From assembly GCF_029168335.1 (NCBI RefSeq), contig NZ_JARGYC010000040.1, positions 3,605 through 35,604 on the forward strand: a stretch of 32,000 nt of DNA, given 5' to 3'. Numbering within the stretch: the stretch's first letter is position 1; each line of letters begins with the position of its first letter. The position numbers and the translations under genes are program-made. Shown in pieces: positions 14,178-22,127 of the stretch. The notes below the pieces were generated by a model that saw only the letters and a list, made by a program, of their open reading frames with translations, was not told the origin of the DNA and made no database searches. Origin of the DNA: Psychromarinibacter sediminicola (GTDB lineage Bacteria; Pseudomonadota; Alphaproteobacteria; Rhodobacterales; Rhodobacteraceae).

Positions 14178-14735
14178 ATGACCAGCGAATTCCGCGTCTT
14201 CCTTTCCGAGATGTTCCGCAACCCCAAGGAGGTCGTGGCCATCGCCCCCTCCTCCGCCGCCGTCGCGCGCAGGATGACCGAAGGGCTGGAGCGGGTCTCC
14301 GGCCCGGTGGTGGAGCTCGGCCCCGGCACCGGCTCGTTCACCCGCGCGATCCTCGACCGGGGCGTCGCGCCGGAGCGGCTGACGCTTCTGGAGACGAACG
14401 AGCGGTTCTGCGCCACGCTGGCCACCCGCTTTCCCGGCGTGACAGTGCTGAACCGCCCCGCACAGGAGATTCGCGCGACCGGCCTGACCGGCGTCGGCGC
14501 CGTGATCTCGGGCGTACCGGTGCTGGCCCGCCCGCAGATCCAGCGCGAGGTGGTGGGCCGCGCGCTGGAAGTCATGGCCCCCGACGGCATCTTCGTGCAG
14601 ATCACCTATTCGCCGACCGCGCCGATCTCGCCCGAGATGCAGGCGCGGCTGGGGATCAAGGGCAGATGGCGCGGCGTGGTGCTGGCCAACCTGCCGCCCG
14701 CGCATGTCTTCGTCTTCTCGCGCCGGCCGCACTGA
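14178..14735 (+). CDS. Class I SAM-dependent methyltransferase (COG3963 phospholipid N-methyltransferase-like)
   Basis: Track ORF 14121..14735 trimmed to ATG 14178 (MTSEFRVFLSEMFRNPKEVVAIAPSS..). SAM motif I is VVELGPGTGSFT. Confidence 0.7.
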   Translation: MTSEFRVFLSEMFRNPKEVVAIAPSSAAVARRMTEGLERVSGPVVELGPGTGSFTRAILDRGVAPERLTLLETNERFCATLATRFPGVTVLNRPAQEIRATGLTGVGAVISGVPVLARPQIQREVVGRALEVMAPDGIFVQITYSPTAPISPEMQARLGIKGRWRGVVLANLPPAHVFVFSRRPH

Positions 14736-14873
14736 CTGGTCGGCAGCGGTCGGGAGGCGTGCCCACCCGCCGCTACGGCCGGCCCCGGGCGCAATTCGCG
14801 GCGAAAACAGGTTCCCACTTGCCGGATTGCGCTTTAGACGGTCATCCGACGATTGCAGACCGGAGGAGCCCCG

Positions 14874-16268
14874 ATGACCGCCACCCGCACCGAGACCGAC
14901 AGCTTCGGCCCGCTGGACGTGCCCGCCGACAAGTACTGGGGCGCGCAGACCCAGCGGTCGATCCGGAACTTCCCGATCGGATGGGAAACCCAGCCGGTGC
15001 CGATCGTCCGGGCGCTCGGCGTGGTCAAGAAGGCCTGCGCGCAGGCGAACCGGGAACTGGGCACCCTCGACCCGAAGCTCGCCGACGCCATTATCGAGGC
15101 CGCGGGCGAGGTGATCGACGGCAAGCACGACGACAACTTCCCGCTGGTGGTCTGGCAGACCGGCTCGGGCACGCAGTCGAACATGAACGCCAACGAGGTG
15201 ATCTCGAACCGCGCCATCGAGATCCTCGGCGGCACCTTGGGCAGCAAGGATCCGGTGCATCCCAACGACCACTGCAACATGGGCCAGTCCTCGAACGACA
15301 CCTTCCCCACCGCGATGCACGTGGCCATCGCCATGCAGGCGCATAACGTGCTGCTGCCGGGCCTCGCCAAGCTGCACGCCGCGCTGGAAGCCAAAGAGGT
15401 CGAGTTCCGCGACATCATCAAGATCGGCCGCACCCACACCCAGGACGCCACGCCGCTGACGCTGGGCCAGGAATTCTCGGGCTACGCCCACCAGGTCCGC
15501 AAGGGGATCGAGCGGGTGAAAAGCGCGCTGGCCGACATCTACGAGCTCGCGCAGGGCGGCACCGCCGTCGGCACCGGGCTGAACACGAAAAAGGGCTGGG
15601 CCGAGATGGTCGCCGCCAACATGGCCGAGATCACCGGCCTGCCCTTCGTCACCGCGCCGAACAAGTTCGAGGCGCTGGCGGCGCATGACGCGATGGTGAT
15701 GTTCTCCGGCGCGCTGAAGACCGTCGCGGCCTCGCTGTTCAAGATCGCCAACGACATCCGGCTTCTGGGCTCCGGCCCGCGCTCGGGCCTGGGCGAGCTG
15801 ATCCTGCCGGAGAACGAGCCCGGCTCCTCGATCATGCCCGGCAAGGTGAACCCGACGCAGGCCGAGGCGCTGACCATGGTCTGCGCCCATGTCATGGGCA
15901 ACGACGCCGCCGTCGGCTTCGCCGGCAGCCAGGGGCATTTCGAGCTGAACGTCTACAACCCGATGATGTCCTATAACGTGCTGCAGTCGATGCAGCTTCT
16001 GGGCGACAGCGCCTCGGCCTTCACCGACAACATGGTCAACGGCATCCAGGCCAACGAGGCCCGGATCGAGACGCTGATGAAGGAATCGCTGATGCTGGTG
16101 ACGGCGCTGGCGCCCACCATCGGCTACGACAACGCCACCAAGGTCGCCAAGACGGCGCACAAGAACGGCACGACGCTGCGCGAAGAGGCGATCAACCTCG
16201 GCTTCGTCGACGCAGAGACCTTCGACCGCGTCGTCCGGCCCGAAGACATGATCGGCCCCAAGGAGTGA
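14874..16268 (+). CDS. fumC: Class II fumarate hydratase
   Basis: Track ORF trimmed to ATG 14874 ([29 protein letters not shown]..; SD GGAGGAG). It carries the signature [13 protein letters not shown]. Confidence 0.96.
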   Translation: MTATRTETDSFGPLDVPADKYWGAQTQRSIRNFPIGWETQPVPIVRALGVVKKACAQANRELGTLDPKLADAIIEAAGEVIDGKHDDNFPLVVWQTGSGTQSNMNANEVISNRAIEILGGTLGSKDPVHPNDHCNMGQSSNDTFPTAMHVAIAMQAHNVLLPGLAKLHAALEAKEVEFRDIIKIGRTHTQDATPLTLGQEFSGYAHQVRKGIERVKSALADIYELAQGGTAVGTGLNTKKGWAEMVAANMAEITGLPFVTAPNKFEALAAHDAMVMFSGALKTVAASLFKIANDIRLLGSGPRSGLGELILPENEPGSSIMPGKVNPTQAEALTMVCAHVMGNDAAVGFAGSQGHFELNVYNPMMSYNVLQSMQLLGDSASAFTDNMVNGIQANEARIETLMKESLMLVTALAPTIGYDNATKVAKTAHKNGTTLREEAINLGFVDAETFDRVVRPEDMIGPKE

Positions 16269-16315
16269 CCCCGGCGCGGCCCCGCCTTGCCGGGGCCGCC
16301 CTGCCAGGAGCCGCG

Positions 16316-16513
16316 ATGCCCGCCGACCGCCCGATCAACCTCAACAAGGCCCGCAAGGCCCGCGCGCGCGTGAAGAAACGCGCGCAGGCCGATGAGAACG
16401 CGGTGAAATTCGGCCGCACCCGGAGCCAGCGGCAGGCTGACGACGCACGCACCGCCGCCGCCCGCGCGCGGCTGGACCAGCACCGCCGCGATACCGGCGA
16501 CGACACGGAATGA
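16316..16513 (+). CDS. DUF4169-like small basic protein
   Basis: Track ORF 16265..16513 trimmed to ATG 16316 (MPADRPINLNKARKARARVKKRAQADENAVKFGRTRSQRQ..), giving 65 aa. Its stop overlaps the next start (ATGA at 16510-16513). Confidence 0.6.
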   Translation: MPADRPINLNKARKARARVKKRAQADENAVKFGRTRSQRQADDARTAAARARLDQHRRDTGDDTE

Positions 16514-16806
16514 CCTCCCGCCCGGCCAAGCACTCGCTGACCCTGCGCGGCCACCGCACCTCCGTCTCGCTGGAGCCCGAATTCTGGGCGGCCTTCCGCG
16601 AGATCGCGGCGGCGCGCGGCCGGCCGCTGAATGCCCTGGCCGCCGAGATCGACGAGGACCGCGGGGTCGAGGTCGGGCTGGCTTCCGCCATCCGGCTGTT
16701 CGTGCTGCGCCACTACCGCGACGGCGCCACAGGATTTTCCAGAAAATCTCGCCGCGCAGACCCTTCTAGAAGGGTCTGTCGCCCCCCGCCCGGCGATAGG
16801 CGCTGA
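16510..16806 (+). CDS. Ribbon-helix-helix domain protein (RHH_4-like)
   Basis: It reads ..HSLTLRGHRTSVSLEPEFWAAFREIAAARGRPLNALAAEIDEDRG...LASAIRLFVL. The last ~28 codons run through the palindromes at 16733-16778 and overlap the convergent ORF, so the true C-terminus is uncertain. Confidence 0.6.
   Translation: MTSRPAKHSLTLRGHRTSVSLEPEFWAAFREIAAARGRPLNALAAEIDEDRGVEVGLASAIRLFVLRHYRDGATGFSRKSRRADPSRRVCRPPPGDRR
16733..16748. repeat. Inverted repeat GATTTTC-CA-GAAAATC
   Basis: Read directly. It lies 8 bp upstream of the 22-bp palindrome. It contains the TTCCAGAA centre and the AAAATC/GATTTT arms also seen in 6450-6475. Confidence 0.8.
16757..16778. repeat. Perfect 22-bp palindrome CAGACCCTTCTAGAAGGGTCTG
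   Basis: Read directly; the sequence equals its reverse complement. Its central CTAG supplies the TAG stop (16766-16768, minus strand) of the DUF6314 ORF. Confidence 0.95.
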
Positions 16807-17203
16807 CCATCCGGTAGTCCTTGCGCTGGCCCTTCACCTGCCACACCGCCTGCCAGGCCGGCCAGCCGGTGAAGTCGTAGCGCACGCGGTAGACATCCGG
16901 CGCGCAGTCGTGATGCGCGACCGGCGTCAGCCCCGCCTCGATCACGTGGAACGGCCGCCCGTCCTCGAAGACCACCGCGAGGCCCACACCCTGCCGGCGC
17001 CAGAAATAGCGCCGCTCCGCCTGCAGCGACGCCTGGCCTGGCACATGCAGCAGCCCGCTTTCGACATAGGCCAGCCCGGCGCCGTCGGGCGTGAACTCCG
17101 CCGTGCCCTCGAAACGCGGCGCGTGGTGCGACAGACGGTCCTCGACATGCCGCTCCAGGACCCAGAGTCCAAGGAAATCCGTGAGTTCCGGCCCGACCTT
17201 CAT
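16766..17203 (-). CDS. DUF6314-like protein
   Basis: Track ORF 16766..18205 trimmed to ATG 17203 (MKVGPELTDFLGLWVLERHVEDRL..FEGTAEFTPDG..YVESGLL..RRYFW..VVFEDGRPFH..HHDCAPDVYRVRY..WQVKGQRKDYRMVSAY), giving 145 aa. Its ATG overlaps the stop of the antiporter gene (ATGA at 17200-17203). Confidence 0.5.
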   Translation of the reverse strand: MKVGPELTDFLGLWVLERHVEDRLSHHAPRFEGTAEFTPDGAGLAYVESGLLHVPGQASLQAERRYFWRRQGVGLAVVFEDGRPFHVIEAGLTPVAHHDCAPDVYRVRYDFTGWPAWQAVWQVKGQRKDYRMVSAYRRAGGDRPF

Positions 17204-18228
17204 CCGGTCCACACCTGCAGCACCACCGCGCCGCCATAGACCACCAGCATGGCCAGACTCTCCCATCCGATGCTCAGCGGCCCGCGCCGCTCGCGCAGAA
17301 CCAGGCCGATCAGCAGGATCGCCGTCATCAGCATGCCGACGGCCAGCCAGAAATACCCGTCCTGTCCCACCGCGTGATACAGCGATCCGTCGCGATAGGC
17401 CATGTCCGACAGACTGAGGAACAGCGTGTCGAAGGTGTTGCCGCCGATGATCCCGCCCACGGCCAGCTGCATCGCCCCGCGCCGCACCGCCGCGATCGTC
17501 GTCACCAGTTCCGGCAGCGAGGTCACCACCGCCGTCATCAGCGCCCCCACCACCGTCTGCGACAGCCCGAAGCGGCCCGACAGCTCCGAGCCGGTCTCGG
17601 CGATCACCCAGCCGGCCAGGCCGAGGCACGCCACCAGAAGCGTGAACGACCCGACCAGCACCACCGCGCCCTTGCGGCTCTGCGGCTCGTCCGGCGTGTC
17701 GGCGCGGGTGTCCGAGGTCTCCACCGGCTCCCACATCGGCTCTTCGCGCACCGTCTTGGTCGTGACCGCGCCGATGCAATAGGCCGCGATCAGCAGGACC
17801 GACACGGGGTGCACCTGCCAGATCGCGAAGTCCGGCGCCAGCCAGGCCGTCAGCGGCATCGACAGCAGGCAGATCAGCACCGCCCCCTGGAACAGGTTCG
17901 TCGCCTCTGCCGCCGTGTGCTCCAGGTTGGCCTTGCGATAGATCACGTCCGCCAGCGCCAGGAACGCCGTCTGCGCCGCGATCCCGCCGATGCCGTTGGC
18001 GAAGGCCAGCTCCGGCGCCCCCTGCACCGCCGCCGTCACCGACACCACCGTGCCCGACAGCGAGGTCGCCGCGCCCAGCACGATGCCGCCGATCACGGCC
18101 TCGCCCAGCCCGGTCCGGTCCGCGATCCGGTCCGCCAGCCCGGTGATCCGCGTGCCCAGCACCAGGATCGCCAGCCCGGCCAGCGCGAACAGCCCGAATA
18201 TCCACGGGTTCGACAGCTCCGAGATCAT
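17200..18228 (-). CDS. CaCA-family cation/Ca2+ antiporter (Na_Ca_ex repeats)
   Basis: 342 aa in two homologous halves, each with an alpha-repeat (..GGIVLGAATSLSGTV.. and ..GALMTAVVTSLPELVT..), separated by an acidic loop. Confidence 0.8.
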   Translation of the reverse strand: MISELSNPWIFGLFALAGLAILVLGTRITGLADRIADRTGLGEAVIGGIVLGAATSLSGTVVSVTAAVQGAPELAFANGIGGIAAQTAFLALADVIYRKANLEHTAAEATNLFQGAVLICLLSMPLTAWLAPDFAIWQVHPVSVLLIAAYCIGAVTTKTVREEPMWEPVETSDTRADTPDEPQSRKGAVVLVGSFTLLVACLGLAGWVIAETGSELSGRFGLSQTVVGALMTAVVTSLPELVTTIAAVRRGAMQLAVGGIIGGNTFDTLFLSLSDMAYRDGSLYHAVGQDGYFWLAVGMLMTAILLIGLVLRERRGPLSIGWESLAMLVVYGGAVVLQVWTG

Positions 18229-18306
18229 GCGGACACCCCGCCTTGCCGCGGGGTGCGGCGCGGTCTACACCCGCGCCCGAAGTCAGATGTCAAAGTCAGG
18301 TCCGCC

Positions 18307-19614
18307 ATGATCCCTCGTTACTCCCGTCCCGATATGGTCGCCAACTGGTCCCCGGAAACAAAGTTCCGAATCTGGTTCGAAATAGAGGCCCATGCCGGCG
18401 ACGCGATGGCCGAACTGGGCACGATCCCGAAGGAGAACGCCGACGCGGTGTGGCAGGCCAAGGACGTCCCCTTCGACATCGCCCGCATCGACGAGATCGA
18501 GCGCGTGACCAAGCACGACGTCATCGCCTTCCTGACGCACCTGTCCGAGATCGTCGGCGGCGACGCCGCGCGCTTCGTCCACCAGGGGATGACCTCGTCG
18601 GACGTGCTGGACACCTGCTTCAACGTGCAGCTCACCCGCGCCGCCGACATCCTGATCGCCGACATGGACGCCCTGCTCGCGGCGCTGAAGACCCGCGCCT
18701 TCGAGCACAAGGAGACCATCCGCATCGGCCGCTCCCACGGCATCCATGCCGAGCCCACGACCATGGGCCTGACCTTCGCCCGCTTCTATGCCGAGATGGC
18801 GCGCAACCGCGACCGGCTGGACACGGCGCGGGCCGAGATCGCGACCGGCGCGCTGTCCGGCGCCGTCGGCACCTTCGCCAATATCGACCCGCGCGTCGAG
18901 GAACACGTCTGCAAGCAGCTGGGCCTCAAGCCGGAGCCGATATCGACCCAGGTGATCCCGCGCGACCGCCACGCCGCCTTCTTCGCCGCGCTCGGGGTGG
19001 TGGCAAGCTCGATCGAGAACCTCGCCACCGAAATCCGCCACATGCAGCGCACCGAGGTGCTGGAGGCCGAGGAGTTCTTCAGCCAGGGCCAGAAGGGCTC
19101 CTCGGCGATGCCGCACAAACGCAACCCGGTGCTGACCGAGAACCTCACCGGCCTCGCCCGCCTGGTCCGCATGGCCGTGATCCCGGCGATGGAGAACGTG
19201 GCGCTCTGGCACGAGCGCGACATCTCGCATTCCTCGGTGGAACGGAACATCGGCCCCGACGCCACGATCACGCTCGACTTCGCGCTGGCGCGGCTGACGC
19301 AGGTGGTGGAAAAGCTCGTCGTCTACCCCGAGCACATGCTGGAGAACCTGCACAAGTTCCGCGGGCTGGTGCATTCCCAGCGTGTCCTGCTGGCGCTGAC
19401 CCAGAAGGGCGTCAGCCGCGAGGACGCCTACCGCCTGGTGCAGCGCAACGCGATGAAGGTCTGGGAACAGGGCGCCGACTTCATGGAAGAGCTGAAGGCC
19501 GATCCGGAAGTGACCGCCGCGCTGTCCGGGCCCGAGATCGAGGAGAAGTTCGACCTCGGCTACCATACCAAGCATGTCGACACGATCTTCGCCCGCGTCT
19601 TCGGCGACTCTTGA
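18307..19614 (+). CDS. purB: Adenylosuccinate lyase
   Basis: Track ORF 17374..19614 trimmed to ATG 18307 (MIPRYSRPDMVANWSPETKFRIWFEIEAHA..), giving 435 aa. It carries the signature ..GSSAMPHKRNP.. Confidence 0.96.
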   Translation: MIPRYSRPDMVANWSPETKFRIWFEIEAHAGDAMAELGTIPKENADAVWQAKDVPFDIARIDEIERVTKHDVIAFLTHLSEIVGGDAARFVHQGMTSSDVLDTCFNVQLTRAADILIADMDALLAALKTRAFEHKETIRIGRSHGIHAEPTTMGLTFARFYAEMARNRDRLDTARAEIATGALSGAVGTFANIDPRVEEHVCKQLGLKPEPISTQVIPRDRHAAFFAALGVVASSIENLATEIRHMQRTEVLEAEEFFSQGQKGSSAMPHKRNPVLTENLTGLARLVRMAVIPAMENVALWHERDISHSSVERNIGPDATITLDFALARLTQVVEKLVVYPEHMLENLHKFRGLVHSQRVLLALTQKGVSREDAYRLVQRNAMKVWEQGADFMEELKADPEVTAALSGPEIEEKFDLGYHTKHVDTIFARVFGDS

Positions 19615-19625
19615 CCCAAGGGAAG

Positions 19626-19651
19626 ACGTCCGCCGGTCGGGGCGTGATTTT
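19626..19651 (+). terminator. Possible intrinsic terminator after purB
   Basis: The stem ACGTCC (19626-19631) pairs with GGGCGT (19640-19645), including one G:U pair, around an 8-nt loop. GATTTTC follows. Confidence 0.3.
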
Positions 19652-19698
19652 CGCGCGCGACGTGCTATGATCGGGTCCATCCAACAGGAGGATGCCCC

Positions 19699-19854
19699 AT
19701 GACCCGGACGATACTCGCCGCCGCCGTTCTGGCCCTGACCCCGGCGCTCGCCATGGCCGAATGCGGCTGGCACCAGAAGAACGCCGCGATGACCTGTGCC
19801 GACGGCATGGTCTATGACGCGGATGCCGACGCCTGCGTCAAGGTCACCGGCTAA
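19699..19854 (+). CDS. Small secreted Cys-loop protein P1 (51 aa; not in ORF track)
   Basis: My translation is MTRTILAAAVLALTPALAMA|ECGWHQKNAAMTCADGMVYDADADACVKVTG*. The SD AGGAGG (19686-19691) lies 7 nt upstream. It has an AXA signal-peptidase site and high GC3. It is a paralogue of the next two genes. Confidence 0.6.
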   Translation: MTRTILAAAVLALTPALAMAECGWHQKNAAMTCADGMVYDADADACVKVTG

Positions 19855-20016
19855 TCGCCTGCCGGCGCTGAAGAATTCTCATTTACCCGGCCTCCGGCCT
19901 GTCCGGCGGGGCGGAGTTTGTTGCGAAAGCAGAAACACTCTGTCGCGATGCCCGGCGTTGTCGATGAACGGCATCCGACCGTAGCCTTTTTCCATGACGA
20001 AAACGGAGTTTTCCAG

Positions 20017-20184
20017 ATGACGAGATACCTTGCTGCCCTCGCCACCGCCGCCGCGCTGCTCGCGCCGGCCGCCGCCTCGGCGGAATACCTGTGCGAAAAG
20101 CTGTGGAACCAGAAGCACGGCGCCGTCTGCCCGGCCGGCAGCCATTGGGACGCGACCTCGGCCGCCTGTATCGTCAACGGCTGA
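20017..20184 (+). CDS. Small secreted Cys-loop protein P2 (55 aa)
   Basis: This is the inner start of track ORF 19918..20184: MTRYLAALATAAALLAPAAASA|EYLCEKLWNQKHGAVCPAGSHWDATSAACIVNG*. The SD GGAG (20005-20008) lies 8 nt upstream. It shares the same Cys spacing and W-[HN]-QK motif as P1. Confidence 0.6.
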   Translation: MTRYLAALATAAALLAPAAASAEYLCEKLWNQKHGAVCPAGSHWDATSAACIVNG

Positions 20185-20273
20185 GTCGCCCTGACGCTAT
20201 CGTGATCGCCCGCCGCCCGCCGCGCCGTGCTAGCCTTCGCCTGCCCGACACCCATCCAACGGAGCCTTCGCCG

Positions 20274-20807
20274 ATGCGTACTCTCCTGCTTTCCGCCGCC
20301 CTGATCCTGCCCGCGGCCGCCTTCGCCGCCAGTTCCGACGACAGTTCCGAACCGGCGACCACCGAGACCACCACCGAATGCACCGACGGCATGGTGTGGT
20401 CCGACGACGCGCAGGCCTGCGTCGCGCCCGAAGACAGCTCGATGAACGACGACCGGCGCTACCGCGCCGTGCGCGAGCTGGCCCATGCCGGGCGCTACGA
20501 CGACGCGCTGCGGGTGCTGGCCGCGATGTCGGACCCGCAGGACGACCGCGTGCTGACCTATCTCGGCTTCATCCATCGCCAGCAGGGCGAGACCGAGCTG
20601 GGCTTTGCCTATTACCGCAAGGCCATCGCGGCGAACCCGGACAACCTGCTTGCCCGCTCCTATATGGGCCAGGGATTCGTCGACGAGGGGCGCCTGCAGG
20701 AGGCCTATGCCCAGCTCGTCGAAATCCGCACCCGCGGCGGGGCCGGCGGCTGGCCGGAGGTCGCGCTGCGCCGCGCCATCGAGACCGGCGTGACGACCAG
20801 CTACTGA
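20274..20807 (+). CDS. Secreted TPR-repeat protein P3 with N-terminal Cys-loop motif
   Basis: Track ORF 20091..20807 trimmed to ATG 20274 (MRTLLLSAALILPAAAFA|ASSDD..; SD GGAG 20261-20264). The loop ECTDGMVWSDDAQACV matches P1/P2. It is followed by TPR-like helices (..YLGFIHRQQGETELGFAYYRKAIAANPDNLLARSYMGQGFVDEGRLQEA..). Confidence 0.75.
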   Translation: MRTLLLSAALILPAAAFAASSDDSSEPATTETTTECTDGMVWSDDAQACVAPEDSSMNDDRRYRAVRELAHAGRYDDALRVLAAMSDPQDDRVLTYLGFIHRQQGETELGFAYYRKAIAANPDNLLARSYMGQGFVDEGRLQEAYAQLVEIRTRGGAGGWPEVALRRAIETGVTTSY

Positions 20808-20911
20808 CCCGCGCCCCGGGGCGGCGAAAACCGCCGCCGGGCCAGTGCATTACACGGATCGTTAACCGGTCTCTGCCAGTCTCCGGTCGGTAATCGGGGA
20901 CGGAGCGTGAC

Positions 20912-21952
20912 GTGCCGACGGAAATGACACTGGCGGGGGCCGGCGGCCACGCCGCCCGGCTGAGCAAGCGGCAGAAGGCCGCCATCGTCGTGCGCCTGCT
21001 GCGCAGCGAGGGGATCGACCTGTCGCTGGCCGACCTGCCCGAATCGCTGCAGATCGGCCTGACCAGGGAGATGGGCAATCTCCGCTTCGTCAGCCGCAAG
21101 ACGCTGAAGGCGGTGGTGGACGAGTTCGTGGAAGAGCTCGACGCGCTCGGCCTGTCCTTTCCCTCCGGCCTGGGCGACGCGCTGTCGCTGCTCGACGGCA
21201 CGATCAGCCCGGCGGCGGCCGAACGCCTGCGCCTGCAGGCCGGCATCGGCGCCGTCACCGACCCATGGGGCCGGCTCAGCCAGCTCGATGCCGCGCGCCT
21301 CCGCCCGCTGATCGAGGAGGAAAGCACCGAGATCGGGGCCGTCGCCCTGTCCAAGCTCAAGGTCTCCAAGGCCGCCGAGATCCTCGGCCTCCTGCCCGGC
21401 ACGACGGCCCGCCGCCTCGCCTACGCCATGGGCCAGACCAGCGCGGTCAGCCCGGCCACGGTGGACCGCATCGGCGCCGCGCTGGTCGCGCAGATCGACG
21501 CCGAGACGCCCAGGGCCTTCGCCGGCGGCCCGGTGGAACGGGTGGGCGCGATCCTCAACTCCTCGCCGGCCGCCACCCGCGACGAGGTGCTCGACGGGCT
21601 GGACGAGGCGGACAAGGCCTTCGCCGACGAGGTGCGCAAGGCGATCTTCACCTTCTCCAACATCCCCCAGCGGCTCGACCCGCGCGACGTGCCCCGGATC
21701 GCCCGCGAGATCGACGGCGCCGTCCTGATCAAGGCGCTCGCCGCCGCCCTGCAGTCCGAGCGCGAGGCGGCGTCGGCCGAGTTCGTCCTGTCGAACATGT
21801 CGCAGCGCCTGGCCCAGCAGATGCGCGACGAGATGGAGACGCTCGGCAAGGTCAAGGGCAAGGAGGGCGAAGACGCGATGGCGGCCGTCGTGGCCGCGAT
21901 CCGCGCGATGGAGGCGGCGGGCGAGATCATGCTCGTCGCCGAGGACGAGTAG
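20912..21952 (+). CDS. fliG: Flagellar motor switch protein FliG (divergent)
   Basis: 346 aa from a GTG start with GGAG 6 nt upstream. FliG landmarks are ..AFAGGPVERVGAILN.. (GG linker), ..AIFTFSNI.. (MFxFEDI-like) and the C-terminal torque helix region ..NMSQRLAQQMRDEMETLG.. Confidence 0.8.
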   Translation: MPTEMTLAGAGGHAARLSKRQKAAIVVRLLRSEGIDLSLADLPESLQIGLTREMGNLRFVSRKTLKAVVDEFVEELDALGLSFPSGLGDALSLLDGTISPAAAERLRLQAGIGAVTDPWGRLSQLDAARLRPLIEEESTEIGAVALSKLKVSKAAEILGLLPGTTARRLAYAMGQTSAVSPATVDRIGAALVAQIDAETPRAFAGGPVERVGAILNSSPAATRDEVLDGLDEADKAFADEVRKAIFTFSNIPQRLDPRDVPRIAREIDGAVLIKALAAALQSEREAASAEFVLSNMSQRLAQQMRDEMETLGKVKGKEGEDAMAAVVAAIRAMEAAGEIMLVAEDE

Positions 21953-21971
21953 CGCCGGTCGTCCCCGCCCC

Positions 21972-21992
21972 CGTTTTCTTGCAAAGAAAACG
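21972..21992. repeat. Hairpin palindrome CGTTTTCTT-GCA-AAGAAAACG
   Basis: Read directly: 9-bp arms and a 3-nt loop, starting 20 bp after the fliG stop. Confidence 0.85.
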
Positions 21993-21994
21993 CC

Positions 21995-22017
21995 CCGGAT
22001 CGTTCGCAACGATCCGG
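21995..22017. repeat. Hairpin palindrome CCGGATCGTT-CGC-AACGATCCGG
   Basis: Read directly: 10-bp arms and a 3-nt loop, 2 bp after the previous hairpin. No U-tract follows. Confidence 0.85.
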
Positions 22018-22127
22018 CCCCGGCCCCACGGTACAGTTCGTGGACTGGAGCGCCTCCATGCGTCCTGCGAGTCTCGCACCAGGGCCGCGCCCCGGCCACA
22101 CCGCAGACCGCAAGGAGGGAAGACATC

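Noticed and set aside
13547-16160. 352-aa and 721-aa minus-strand ORFs (13547..14605, 13995..16160) and the 404-aa plus ORF 14132..15346
   Set aside because: They are antisense to, or out of frame with, sspB, the methyltransferase and fumC. Their composition is low complexity.
16766-19773. Long ORFs 16766..18205 (-, upstream extension), 17374..19614 (+, upstream extension), 18243..19670 (+) and 18283..19773 (-)
   Set aside because: The extensions are wrong-frame read-throughs of the antiporter gene. The true starts are ATG 17203 (DUF6314-like) and ATG 18307 (purB). The others are alternative frames of purB.
20866-20900. Possible CtrA or flagellar promoter motif upstream of fliG (gTTAACcggtctctgccagtctccggtcgGTAAtc)
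   Set aside because: There is only a loose inverted repeat (TTAACCGG...CCGGTCGGTAA), with no TTAA-N7-TTAA and no sigma54 GG-N10-GC element.
22066-22078. 13-bp palindrome TGCGAG-T-CTCGCA about 50 bp upstream of the cupin gene
   Set aside because: It is short, and palindromes of this size are expected by chance in GC-rich DNA. Nothing else supports it.
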